Below are positions 19,413 through 29,019 of a stretch of DNA of 64,000 bases, piece by piece. The DNA comes from Candidatus Cloacimonadota bacterium (lineage in GTDB: Bacteria > Cloacimonadota > Cloacimonadia > Cloacimonadales > WRIO01), in contig JAKQQL010000215.1 in assembly GCA_029564175.1 (NCBI GenBank), positions 1-64,000 on the forward strand. Reading direction: 5' to 3'. Both the position numbers and the translations under genes were made by a program. The first letter of the stretch is position 1; each line of letters opens with the position of its first letter. The notes below the pieces were generated by a model. That model searched no databases and was not told where the DNA came from. It worked only from the letters and a program-made list of their open reading frames with translations.

Positions 19413-19897
19413 ATGAAAAATCCACTTTTGGCTATGCTCTTAGGGCTTTTTTTGAATGTATTTAGTTTAATTTTTTTGATCTTCGCTTGTTTTTATGGTC
19501 TCTTGGTTTTTATCTTTCTCTTGGTATAGCTTATGTCTTTCTCTCTCCTTATCGAATGGATCTCTTCATTTTTCTGATGTTTAACCTGTTTTTTTCCTGT
19601 TTTAACTATTATATTGCCGGCGTATGGAATTTTATGCAAATGGATGATAGTTATACCAATCCTTGGATGAATGCTTTTCATGCCTTTAAGAAATGGTCTC
19701 TCAGATTTATCTCGATGATTTTGATCATTTTTGCTCTAATTGGGTTTATAACATATTCTGAAAGTTTTGTTGCTATAAGCTTAAAAGTAACTGCCTTGCT
19801 GGTTCTTGCTCCAACTGCTTTGATGATTGTCGAATATTTCATCAGTATTATCATTTCAACAATCTGTACCGCATTTAAACTGCCAACAGAAGAATAA
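19413..19897 (+). pseudogene. Membrane protein with an apparent 1-nt frameshift in a T7 tract
   Basis: ATG at 19413 (MKNPLLAMLLGLFLNVFSLIF) is out of frame with the 19487-19897 ORF; one extra T at 19471-19477 joins them. Confidence 0.6.
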
Positions 19898-19913
19898 TTT
19901 TTAATGAGGATTT

Positions 19914-21134
19914 ATGGTCATAAAAACAAATATTCTCACTTTAAAGAATAAGAATGAGTTAATTTACAAAAAAGATGTTTTTCTTGTAATTAAAGCGGGT
20001 GTAATTACAAATATTCTGGATACTTACAAGAATCATTATCTTGATTTTTCACATCAGCTTGCTTTACCTGGTTTTATTGATACGCACACACATATTGCCC
20101 AGCATGATATTATGGGGAAATACAAGCCTGATTTGTTAGATTGGTTAAATTGCTATACCTTTCCAGAAGAAAGCAAGTTTAATCATTCTGATTATGCAAA
20201 ATCAATTTGCTCACGATTTTATCTAAATGCTTTAAGTCATGGGACAACCTGTGTTACTGCTTACATGACCATACACAAAGAAGCTTGCAATATTGCATTT
20301 GAAACAGCTAAAAAGATGGGTGTCAGAGCATTCATTGGTAAGGTCATGATGGATTGTAATTGTCCGGACTTTCTGGAAGAAAACACTGAACAAAGTCTTG
20401 AAGAGAGTATCGAACTTTATCATAAATGGCATCAGAATACGCCTTTGCTCTCTTATATATTCTCTCCACGTTTTGCCCCTGTTTGCTCTTTAGAACTCAT
20501 GCAAAAAACAGGTCGTTTCATTCAGGATCATGAGGCATATCTCCAGACACATCTGTCAGAAAATTCAAATGAGATCAATTGGATTAAATCTCTTTATCCT
20601 CAATTTAAATCCTATACAGATATCTATTATCAAACTGGACTCATGGGTAAAAAATCGATATTTGGGCATTCGATCCATCTGACAGCCGATGAAATCGCAT
20701 TGTTTAAAAAGACAGAATCAAAAATTGCGCATTGCCCTGACTCCAATTTTTATCTGAGAAGTGGTGAATTTGATTTATTTGGAATCGATCAGGAACAGAT
20801 AGATTTTGCGTTAGCATCAGATATAGGCGCTGGCACCTCATTATCAATGCCTTATCATGCCAAAATTGCAATTTACAGACAGACGAAGCTTTCTCTCGAT
20901 CCTTTGAAAGCATTCTATTTAATGACTTTAGGTGGCGCAAAGGTGTTAAATATGCAAGACAAAATCGGCAGTATTGAAGCGGGTAAAGATGCAGATATGG
21001 TCTTTTACAAAAACATGATAAATGATGACAAACCGGAAGAAATCATCTCTAAAATCATTTTTACCGATCAGTCTTCCAATATTGAAAAAGTCATGATACA
21101 TGGCTCAATCGTATATCAACAGGGTGTGATGTAA
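19914..21134 (+). CDS. guaD: Guanine deaminase
   Basis: PGFIDTHTHIAQ, LLDWLNCYTFPEE, SPRFAPVCS, QTHLSEN, HCPDSN, SDIGAGTS. Confidence 0.92.
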   Translation: MVIKTNILTLKNKNELIYKKDVFLVIKAGVITNILDTYKNHYLDFSHQLALPGFIDTHTHIAQHDIMGKYKPDLLDWLNCYTFPEESKFNHSDYAKSICSRFYLNALSHGTTCVTAYMTIHKEACNIAFETAKKMGVRAFIGKVMMDCNCPDFLEENTEQSLEESIELYHKWHQNTPLLSYIFSPRFAPVCSLELMQKTGRFIQDHEAYLQTHLSENSNEINWIKSLYPQFKSYTDIYYQTGLMGKKSIFGHSIHLTADEIALFKKTESKIAHCPDSNFYLRSGEFDLFGIDQEQIDFALASDIGAGTSLSMPYHAKIAIYRQTKLSLDPLKAFYLMTLGGAKVLNMQDKIGSIEAGKDADMVFYKNMINDDKPEEIISKIIFTDQSSNIEKVMIHGSIVYQQGVM

Positions 21135-21135
21135 T

Positions 21136-22503
21136 ATGGAGTTAAGAATACCATCAGTTGATTTTATCATTCATCATCCGAAGATTAAAAATGGAGTCAT
21201 TCAGAATCCTCACTTGCTAAAAACAGCCGTGAAAAAGTACATTGAAGCCTATAAGCGTGACAAGGGATATCTCATCTCAGACAAAGAACAGTTTATTGCT
21301 GAAATTTCAGATTATCTGAAAGACTTGATAAAGTCTCCTTTAAAACCTGTTATCAATGCGACTGGCATCATATTACATACAAATTTGGGTAGAGCACCCT
21401 TAAGCAAATATATTTTAGAAAATAGTTTTAAGACTCTGTCTTCCTATTCAAATCTGGAGTTTGATCTAAATTCTGGCAAAAGAGGAAACAGAAATGTTCA
21501 TCTGAGCGCATTGATTCAATTGCTGACTGGAGCTGAAGACTGTCTGATAGTCAACAATAATGTCGCAGCAGTATTCTTATGTCTGAATCAGTTTGCCCGA
21601 AATAAAGAAGTCATTGTTTCAAGAAGTGAACTGATTGAGATAGGCGGTTCATTCAGAATACCTGATATTATGACCTCATCAGGCTGCATTTTGAAGGAGG
21701 TTGGCACTACCAATTGTACTCGCCTGAGTGATTATGAAGAGAATATCAATGATCAGACAGCCATGATTTTCAAAGCGCATCAGTCAAATTATTATATTTT
21801 AGGTCATACAGAAAGTGTTGAAATCGAAGCATTGTCCTCTCTGGCTAAAAAAAATAATCTGCCATTTCTCTATGATATTGGTTCAGGACTACTGAAACAG
21901 ATCGATATGCTTAATCCATTAAATGAACCAAATGTGTCTGAATGCCTGACAAAGGGAGTTGATCTAATCACTTTTAGCGGTGATAAGCTCTTAGGAGGAC
22001 CACAGTGTGGTATAATTGCAGGAAAGAAAACATTGATCGATCAGCTTGCAACAAACCCCTTAATGCGAGTTTTAAGAGTGGACAAATTGACCCTTAGCAT
22101 CTTACACGAATGCCTTGCACTATATTGTGATGAAAGTCAGTTGCTTAAGCATAATCCCCTTTTTCAAATGTTAAAGCAAACAGAATCTGAACTGAAAAGA
22201 AGAGCTCAAAAATGCTTCTCCTTACTCAAAAAAGCAGGGATTGAATCAAAAATCATGCCTGCAAAGGCTTGTACCGGCGGAGGTACTTTGCCTGATTTGG
22301 AATTAGTCTCTTATGAAGTGCAGTTGGATACAGACAGTGTCAAAGCTGAAACTCTTTATTTAGAATTGATGACTGCTAAACTTCCGGTTGTTGCTATTCT
22401 CAGGGAAGGGCATTTATCATTTAATATGATGACGCTGTCAGATTATGAGTTGAAATTCATCACAGACCAGTTAACGCAGTTGTTTTCTAAGGATTGCAAA
22501 TGA
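21136..22503 (+). CDS. selA: L-seryl-tRNA(Sec) selenium transferase
   Basis: VINATGIILHTNLGRAPL; ELIEIGGSFRIPD; FSGDKLLGGPQ. Confidence 0.97.
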   Translation: MELRIPSVDFIIHHPKIKNGVIQNPHLLKTAVKKYIEAYKRDKGYLISDKEQFIAEISDYLKDLIKSPLKPVINATGIILHTNLGRAPLSKYILENSFKTLSSYSNLEFDLNSGKRGNRNVHLSALIQLLTGAEDCLIVNNNVAAVFLCLNQFARNKEVIVSRSELIEIGGSFRIPDIMTSSGCILKEVGTTNCTRLSDYEENINDQTAMIFKAHQSNYYILGHTESVEIEALSSLAKKNNLPFLYDIGSGLLKQIDMLNPLNEPNVSECLTKGVDLITFSGDKLLGGPQCGIIAGKKTLIDQLATNPLMRVLRVDKLTLSILHECLALYCDESQLLKHNPLFQMLKQTESELKRRAQKCFSLLKKAGIESKIMPAKACTGGGTLPDLELVSYEVQLDTDSVKAETLYLELMTAKLPVVAILREGHLSFNMMTLSDYELKFITDQLTQLFSKDCK

Positions 22504-24446
22504 AACACCTCATCATGGGAACTGCTGGACATATTGATCATGGCAAGACTTCGCTTGTTAAAGCATTAAGCGGATTTGACTGTGATACCCATCCAGAAGA
22601 GAAACAAAGAGGGATAACGATTCATCTGGGATTCACTCATGTCAGATTGAATGAAGAACTTGATATCGGAATTGTTGACGTACCAGGTCATAAAGCATTT
22701 GTAAACACGATGATTTCAGGCGTGAGCGGTATTGACTTTGTTATCCTGATTATCGCTGCTGACAGTGGGATTATGCCACAAACCAGAGAACACTTACAGA
22801 TTATGCAGATGCTCAATATTCAAAAAGGACTGATTGTCATCAATAAAATCGACCTTGCAGATCAGGAAATGACCGATCTTTTGGATGAAGAACTGATTGA
22901 TTTTACTGCTGATACTTTCCTTGAAAACTGTCCAATTATTAAAACGTCAGCCAAAACCGGCTTTGGGATTGAAGAGTTAAAATCTGCCATCATTTCGTTG
23001 ACGACCGATATCCAATCAAAATCTGAAAAAGGTATTTTCCGTCAGTATATTGACCGAATTTTTCAGGTGAAAGGGTTTGGGACAGTCGTTACCGGTACGG
23101 TTTTAAGCGGTCTTCTAAAAAGCAATGACCGATTATTTATATTGCCAGATAAAAAAGAATTAAAGATAAAACGGCTTGAAAGATATGCTCAGGAAGTTGA
23201 TTTGATACAGGCAGGAGACAGAGCCTCTATCAATCTTGCCGGAATTGATAGCACCTCTCTTCAAAAAGGGATGCTATTAAGCTCAAGGGTGTATGAGAGT
23301 ACAAACAGGATTGATGTCAGGCTTCAGTTGTTTGATCAGGTAAAAGAATTGCCTTTATGGTCTCATGTGCTTTTTATCTCAGGAACAAATGAAGTCCCTG
23401 CAAAGATTCATCTGATAGATAAGAATACCCTGAAACCCAGTGAATCAGCCTACGCCCAGATACATTTGAGTAAGCCTCTGCCACTTGTTTATCAAGATAC
23501 ATTTATCATCAGAAACAGCAGCAGTGATATCAGCTTGGGTGGAGGCAGAATCATTGATGCTCAGCCTTTACATCACAGACGAAGAACTGAAAAATTAAAA
23601 AGCTGGTTGAAAATTCTGGCAGAAGGTGATTTAACCCATACTGTATTACTAAATGCTCAGAAATATATCTATCCGGTTTCTTTGAGTGAAATTGCAGAAA
23701 AACTGGCACTTGATTATAAGACTTTGTTAAGCTTGGAGCTTGTTCCTTCGAATGATAATCAGCTCAAACTGATAATAAAAGATGAACCTTATTTTTGGTT
23801 AAAACATCAGTTAGATCGATATAAAAGCAGATTTCAAAGGCATCTTCAGACGTGGCATAAGAGTAATCCATTTGATAAAATGGGAAAAACCATTGAAGAA
23901 CTGCTGGCAGTCTTTCATGAATATCCCACTGAGTACAAAACGACTGCGGCGATGTGGGTTATAAAATCGTTGACAGAGCTTGATTTAATTGAAAAAAAAG
24001 ATAATACGTATGCATTAAAAAGCCATAAAGTCGCATTTACATCAGAAACCAATAAAGCCTTACAATGGACAGAAACATTTATCAGACATTGTAATATGCA
24101 AACGCCCTTATGGTCTGAAATGTCTCGTAAAGCGAAATATCAGAATATCAATGAGAAGGTTCTTAAACAGTTGTTGACTTATCTTGTTAGAAAGAAAAAG
24201 GCTTATTATATTGAGGAAAGCTATATTTATTACAAAGTAGTAGATGAGAACCGACTTAAATTACTACAATATCTGAATGAACATCCGGAAGGGATTACCG
24301 TATCCATTTATCGCGATCTCATTGATGGAAATCGTAAAATCTGTTTGTTACTCCTTGCGATTTTTGATATAGAGGGCATTGTACGCAGAGATGGCGATTA
24401 TAGATTCATCACTGAAAAAGGAAAGCAGATTTTAGAAAATGGCTGA
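22500..24446 (+). CDS. selB: Selenocysteine-specific elongation factor
   Basis: GTAGHIDHGKT, RGITI, DVPGH, NKID; C-terminal winged helix (YRDLIDGNRK); ATG overlaps the selA stop. Confidence 0.96.
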   Translation: MKHLIMGTAGHIDHGKTSLVKALSGFDCDTHPEEKQRGITIHLGFTHVRLNEELDIGIVDVPGHKAFVNTMISGVSGIDFVILIIAADSGIMPQTREHLQIMQMLNIQKGLIVINKIDLADQEMTDLLDEELIDFTADTFLENCPIIKTSAKTGFGIEELKSAIISLTTDIQSKSEKGIFRQYIDRIFQVKGFGTVVTGTVLSGLLKSNDRLFILPDKKELKIKRLERYAQEVDLIQAGDRASINLAGIDSTSLQKGMLLSSRVYESTNRIDVRLQLFDQVKELPLWSHVLFISGTNEVPAKIHLIDKNTLKPSESAYAQIHLSKPLPLVYQDTFIIRNSSSDISLGGGRIIDAQPLHHRRRTEKLKSWLKILAEGDLTHTVLLNAQKYIYPVSLSEIAEKLALDYKTLLSLELVPSNDNQLKLIIKDEPYFWLKHQLDRYKSRFQRHLQTWHKSNPFDKMGKTIEELLAVFHEYPTEYKTTAAMWVIKSLTELDLIEKKDNTYALKSHKVAFTSETNKALQWTETFIRHCNMQTPLWSEMSRKAKYQNINEKVLKQLLTYLVRKKKAYYIEESYIYYKVVDENRLKLLQYLNEHPEGITVSIYRDLIDGNRKICLLLLAIFDIEGIVRRDGDYRFITEKGKQILENG

Positions 24447-25068
24447 TCTATCTCATTTAGTAACTGGAGTGATTCTTGCAGGCGGTAAGAACACCCGTTT
24501 TTACGGTGAAAAATCTCTGATTGAAATCGGTAATCAATCTCTGATTGAAATAGAAATTGCGATGCTGAAACAGTTCTTCAAAGAGCTTATGATCGTCACA
24601 GAAAAAGAAATCCTAAAGCAAAAATGCCCTGATATTGCTCATTCAGAAGACTATTTTAAAAATTGCGGTCCTTTGGCTGGGATTCATTCTGCATTACTCA
24701 ACTCTAAAACCGATTGGATTTTTGTATTTGCCTGTGACATGCCAAACTTGAATGAGGCATTGATATTCAAACAACTGGACTTAATCAGAAGTTCTTCCGT
24801 ACTGCGAGCATCTTGCACACAGAAAAACGACCCGTTTATGGCAGTCATTCCCAGACATATTGAAGGGATAGAACCATTGCATGGCCTCTACCATAAAGCC
24901 TGTTTACCTTTTATTGAGTCTATGCTGAAAAATCAGAATTATTCTATTCACGGTTTTACAGACAAGATCAGAGTAAATTGGTTTAATGTTCAGCCTGATG
25001 ACATTGTCTATTTCTACAATATCAATACGCTTCATGATTTGATTCAATTTAAGTCAAAATTGTCATAA
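24439..25068 (+). CDS. mobA: Molybdenum cofactor guanylyltransferase
   Basis: ILAGGKNTRF, GPLAGI, ACDMP, EPLHGLY, NINT. Confidence 0.92.
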   Translation: MADLSHLVTGVILAGGKNTRFYGEKSLIEIGNQSLIEIEIAMLKQFFKELMIVTEKEILKQKCPDIAHSEDYFKNCGPLAGIHSALLNSKTDWIFVFACDMPNLNEALIFKQLDLIRSSSVLRASCTQKNDPFMAVIPRHIEGIEPLHGLYHKACLPFIESMLKNQNYSIHGFTDKIRVNWFNVQPDDIVYFYNINTLHDLIQFKSKLS

Positions 25069-25399
25069 TTATAAGCAGATCTCTTCTTTTGTTGAAGGCC
25101 ACCCTGATCGTTTTTTATTGAGTATTTTAAAAACACTAAAAGACACTAAAAACACGGAAATTATATATTATACCACTAAATCATTCCCTTATTCTATCCT
25201 TATACCTTCCTTATCACATACTATCTGTTTTAAGAATATGATGAAGAATTAATCTACTAATTTTTAACAGGATTGAATAGAGATTTGTTAGACAAAATAT
25301 AGGCTATCATTATGATTTAAAAACATAATATGAACCGATTTTTACTAAAATAAAAAACAATAAAAAAAACCAAAGTCGATAAACTTCGGTTGTAAAATA

Positions 25400-25562
25400 T
25401 ATAGAAATATGATGAATGATGAGATAAAAGGGTGATGAGCGGCAGCGTCCCGCCGCCCATCCGGTTCGGTTAGCCTAGCACCTCCCAATGCCATCTGACA
25501 TTTGCCAGAGATGACATTGCCACAGCAGATTTAGCCAAGATTTTAAAAAGCTTTTGATAAAC
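25400..25562 (-). ncRNA. Candidate structured RNA (3' UTR of the flagellin operon or an sRNA) complementary to flagellin leaders
   Basis: Two hairpins (25486-25519 and 25434-25461) whose mismatches are G-U pairs only on the minus strand; the flanking segments are reverse-complementary to six upstream leader sites. Confidence 0.6.
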
Positions 25563-25597
25563 TGTTAAGTATAGCATGGCTCACCTCATTTCTCGGG

Positions 25598-26593
25598 TTA
25601 TCCGAGTAAAAGGAGTGCCATTTGAGGTAATGAGTTTGCCTGAGCCAGCATCGAAATAGCAGCTTGAGTGAGTACCATGTTGCGAGTGTATTCGGTCATT
25701 TCGCTTGCGATATCCACATCAGAGATACGCGATTCAGAGGCTTGAAGATTTTCAGCCTGAATCTGCAAATTCGTGATTGTATTTTCCAGTCGGTTTTGGA
25801 CTGCACCGAGAGCAGCACGAACATTTTCTTTACGGATGATGGCAGTATTTAATTTCTCAAGTGCTTTTTGAGCAGTCTCCTGAGTTGAAACAGCAATATT
25901 GGTTTTTGCAATCCCATCGGTTCTACTCGCAGAAGCACCACCATCTCTAAACAATGATTCTGTACGAACATCGGCAATTCTAATAAAGTAATAGTCTTCT
26001 GCTCGTTTGTTACCAGTACCAAAGTGAATTTTAATACCGCCTTTTATGTTTCCATTTGCATCAGCAGTTCCTTGAACTTCCTTCCAACCTGAAGAGTTTG
26101 TCCATGTCCCTTCAGTAGTTGACCAGGTATTGTTTGATGTCCATTGTCCACTTGTGCCTGATACAGAAACATTCCCATTAAGAAGTTTTACTCCGTTAAA
26201 ATCGGTAGCAGTTGCAATTCGGTCAATTTCAGCTGCCATTGCAGCAAATTCCGAATGGATGATTAATCGTTGTTCATTTGTGTAAGTACCAGTTGCTGCC
26301 TGTTCAGCCAGTTCTTTCATACGAATGAGTTTCTCATCGATGACAGAAAGAGCACCTTCAGCAGTTTGGATCATCGAAATACCATCCTGTGCATTTCTGA
26401 TACCCTGGTTTAATGCGGCAATATCTGCACGCATACCTTCACGAATTGCCAAACCCGCAGCATCGTCTGCTGCCGAGTTAATGCGTAACCCCGTTGAAAG
26501 ACGCTGAACAGAAGTTGAGAGACTGCCATAGACAGAATTCAGGTTTCTGCTCGTGTTTTGCGCCATCAAATTGTGGTTGATGATAAGTGACAT
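25598..26593 (-). CDS. fliC: Flagellin (Fla5)
   Basis: RLSTGLRINSAADDAAGLAI; QNRLE; SRISDVDIASEMT; RBS AAGGAGG. Confidence 0.97.
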   Translation of the reverse strand: MSLIINHNLMAQNTSRNLNSVYGSLSTSVQRLSTGLRINSAADDAAGLAIREGMRADIAALNQGIRNAQDGISMIQTAEGALSVIDEKLIRMKELAEQAATGTYTNEQRLIIHSEFAAMAAEIDRIATATDFNGVKLLNGNVSVSGTSGQWTSNNTWSTTEGTWTNSSGWKEVQGTADANGNIKGGIKIHFGTGNKRAEDYYFIRIADVRTESLFRDGGASASRTDGIAKTNIAVSTQETAQKALEKLNTAIIRKENVRAALGAVQNRLENTITNLQIQAENLQASESRISDVDIASEMTEYTRNMVLTQAAISMLAQANSLPQMALLLLG

Positions 26594-26731
26594 TTTTCCT
26601 CCTTGATTGATTTGTTTTATTCCATAATAAGAATTCTCTTATCCACCGTAAATCTACTGTTGGTGTTTAGGTATATGCATAACCAAACCAATCTATTAGA
26701 GAGGAGACCTCATTGAATTAACCGAATAATC

Positions 26732-27727
26732 TTAGCCGAGTAATCTTAGTGCCATTTGTGGCAGAGAGTTTGCTTGTGCTAACATAGAAACTGCAGCCTG
26801 AGTCAGTACCTGATTACGAGTGTATTCAGTCATTTCACTGGCAATATCGACATCAGAGATACGTGATTCGGATGCTTGTAAATTTTCAGCCTGAATTTGC
26901 AGATTTGTAATAGTATTTTCCAATCGATTTTGCATTGCACCCAATGCAGCACGTATGTTTTCTTTTCTGGTAATAGCAGTAGAAATCTGTTCTAATGCTT
27001 TCTGAGCAGCGTGCTGAGTAGAAACAGCTACATTGACATCAGCTATTCCGTTAGTTCTGGAAGCAGCAGTACCAGCTGATCTAAACAGAGATTCAGTTCT
27101 GGCGTCAGCTATTCTGACAAAGTAGTAGTCTTCTGCACGCTTGTTACCTGTCCCAAAGTGGATTTTGATACCACCAATAATATCTCCAGAGCTGGTGGCT
27201 GATCCATTGACTTCCTGCCATCCTGAAGAGTTTGACCAGGTTCCCTGAGTTGCTGACCAGGTATTATTGGATGTCCATTGACCACTTTGACCGGCAACTG
27301 AGACATTACCATTAAGCAGTTTAATACCATTAAAATCTGTTGAGGTTGCAATACGGTCAATTTCAGCAGCCATTGCAGCGAACTCAGATTGAATAATCAT
27401 TCTTTGTTCGTTGGTGTAAGTACCGGTTGCTGCTTGTTCCGCAAGTTCTTTCATACGAATAAGTTTTTCATCAATAACTGAAAGAGCACCTTCAGCAGTT
27501 TGAATCATGGAAATACCGTCCTGAGCATTACGGATACCTTGGTTCATTGCTGAAATTTCAGAACGCATACCTTCACGAATTGCCAGTCCTGCCGCATCAT
27601 CTGCAGCAGAATTGATTCTGAGTCCAGTCGATAATCTTTGTACCGAAGTAGCCAAGCTACCATATGAACTGGTCAGGTTACGAGCCGTGTTCATTGCCAT
27701 CATGTTATGGTTGATGATGAGTGACAT
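26732..27727 (-). CDS. fliC: Flagellin (Fla4)
   Basis: Conserved flagellin N- and C-terminal D0/D1 motifs; paralog of its neighbours. Confidence 0.97.
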   Translation of the reverse strand: MSLIINHNMMAMNTARNLTSSYGSLATSVQRLSTGLRINSAADDAAGLAIREGMRSEISAMNQGIRNAQDGISMIQTAEGALSVIDEKLIRMKELAEQAATGTYTNEQRMIIQSEFAAMAAEIDRIATSTDFNGIKLLNGNVSVAGQSGQWTSNNTWSATQGTWSNSSGWQEVNGSATSSGDIIGGIKIHFGTGNKRAEDYYFVRIADARTESLFRSAGTAASRTNGIADVNVAVSTQHAAQKALEQISTAITRKENIRAALGAMQNRLENTITNLQIQAENLQASESRISDVDIASEMTEYTRNQVLTQAAVSMLAQANSLPQMALRLLG

Positions 27728-27869
27728 GATTCCTCCTTGATTAGATTATTAGTCTTCCTTGTGGATTTTTCATCCGCAAATTTTTTGGCTAAAATTCCTC
27801 CTGTGACGAGGTTTCAGACTAAACTAACCTAACATGGGGGACTGTCTTCAGATATATCAGTTTCTATTG

Positions 27870-28850
27870 TTAACCAAGTAATCTAAGTGCCATTTGAGGC
27901 AGAGAGTTTGCCTGAGAGAGCATTGCAACAGCAGCCTGAGTCAATACCTGATTACGAGTGAATTCAGTCATTTCATTTGCAATATCAACATCTGAAATAC
28001 GAGATTCTGATGCCTGCAGATTTTCTGATTGGATTTGTAAATTCGTAATGGTATTTTCAAGTCTGTTTTGCATTGCGCCTAAAGCAGCACGTATATTTTC
28101 TTTGCGTGTAATTGCCGTAGAAATTTGTTCCAGAGCATTTTGAGCAGCGTGCTGTGTTGATACCGCTACATTAGGTCTATTTACAGCATTTGGTCCTGTT
28201 CCACGGAACAGAGATTCTGTACGGGCATCTGCTATTCTGACAAAGTAATAGTCTTCTGTACGTTTATTTCCGGTACCAAAGTGTATCTTGATACCACCGA
28301 GAATATCTCCACTTGCTGTCGATTGACCCTGAACTTCCTGCCATCCAGATGAATTTGTCCACATACCCTGAGTTGCTGTCCAGGTATTATTGGCTGACCA
28401 TGCGCCACTTTGACCTGCAACTGAAACATTTCCATTTAATAGTTTGATACCATTAAAATCAGTTGCCGTTGCAATTCGGTCTATTTCTGCGGCCATAGCT
28501 GCAAATTCTGATTGGATGATCATTCTTTGTTCATTAGTATATGTACCAGTTGCTGCTTGTTCTGCTAATTCTTTCATTCGAATTAGTTTTTCATCGATGA
28601 CAGAAAGAGCACCTTCAGCAGTTTGAATCATAGAGATACCGTCTTGTGCATTACGGATTCCCTGGTTCATTGCTGATATTTCAGATCGCATTCCTTCGCG
28701 AATAGCGAGTCCTGCTGCATCATCAGCTGCAGAATTGATTCTAAGTCCGGTTGACAATCTTTGTGTAGAAGTAGCTAAGCTACCATAAGCAGTTGTCAAA
28801 TTTCGGGCTGTATTCATTGCTGGCAGGTTATGGTTGATGACGAGTGACAT
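27870..28850 (-). CDS. fliC: Flagellin (Fla3)
   Basis: Start MSLVINHN at 28850 after AAGGAGG; conserved flagellin motifs. Confidence 0.97.
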   Translation of the reverse strand: MSLVINHNLPAMNTARNLTTAYGSLATSTQRLSTGLRINSAADDAAGLAIREGMRSEISAMNQGIRNAQDGISMIQTAEGALSVIDEKLIRMKELAEQAATGTYTNEQRMIIQSEFAAMAAEIDRIATATDFNGIKLLNGNVSVAGQSGAWSANNTWTATQGMWTNSSGWQEVQGQSTASGDILGGIKIHFGTGNKRTEDYYFVRIADARTESLFRGTGPNAVNRPNVAVSTQHAAQNALEQISTAITRKENIRAALGAMQNRLENTITNLQIQSENLQASESRISDVDIANEMTEFTRNQVLTQAAVAMLSQANSLPQMALRLLG

Positions 28851-29019
28851 GTTTCCTCCTTGATTGGTAAAAATTCTTCCTTGATGAAGAAGTAGTGTTG
28901 TGAATCTGCTGTGATTCATGGCTTAGCCAGGCTAACGAACCAATCAAGATTTTATAACTTTTTTGAGTTAGTTTATTTTTTTACCCGATTATCATTTTTC
29001 ATAGTCTGAATATTTGTGA

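Noticed and set aside
25351..25382. Plus-strand sigma28 promoter (GTCGATAA) driving an antisense RNA
   Set aside because: No TAAA at 15-16 nt spacing, and the hairpin wobble pairs favour the minus strand; not fully excluded.
25430..25530. tRNA-Sec (selC) near selAB
   Set aside because: No cloverleaf with a UCA anticodon or T-loop on either strand; the region folds as two separate hairpins.
28851..28919. N-terminal extension of Fla3
   Set aside because: Paralogs start at MSL, and a strong SD precedes 28850.
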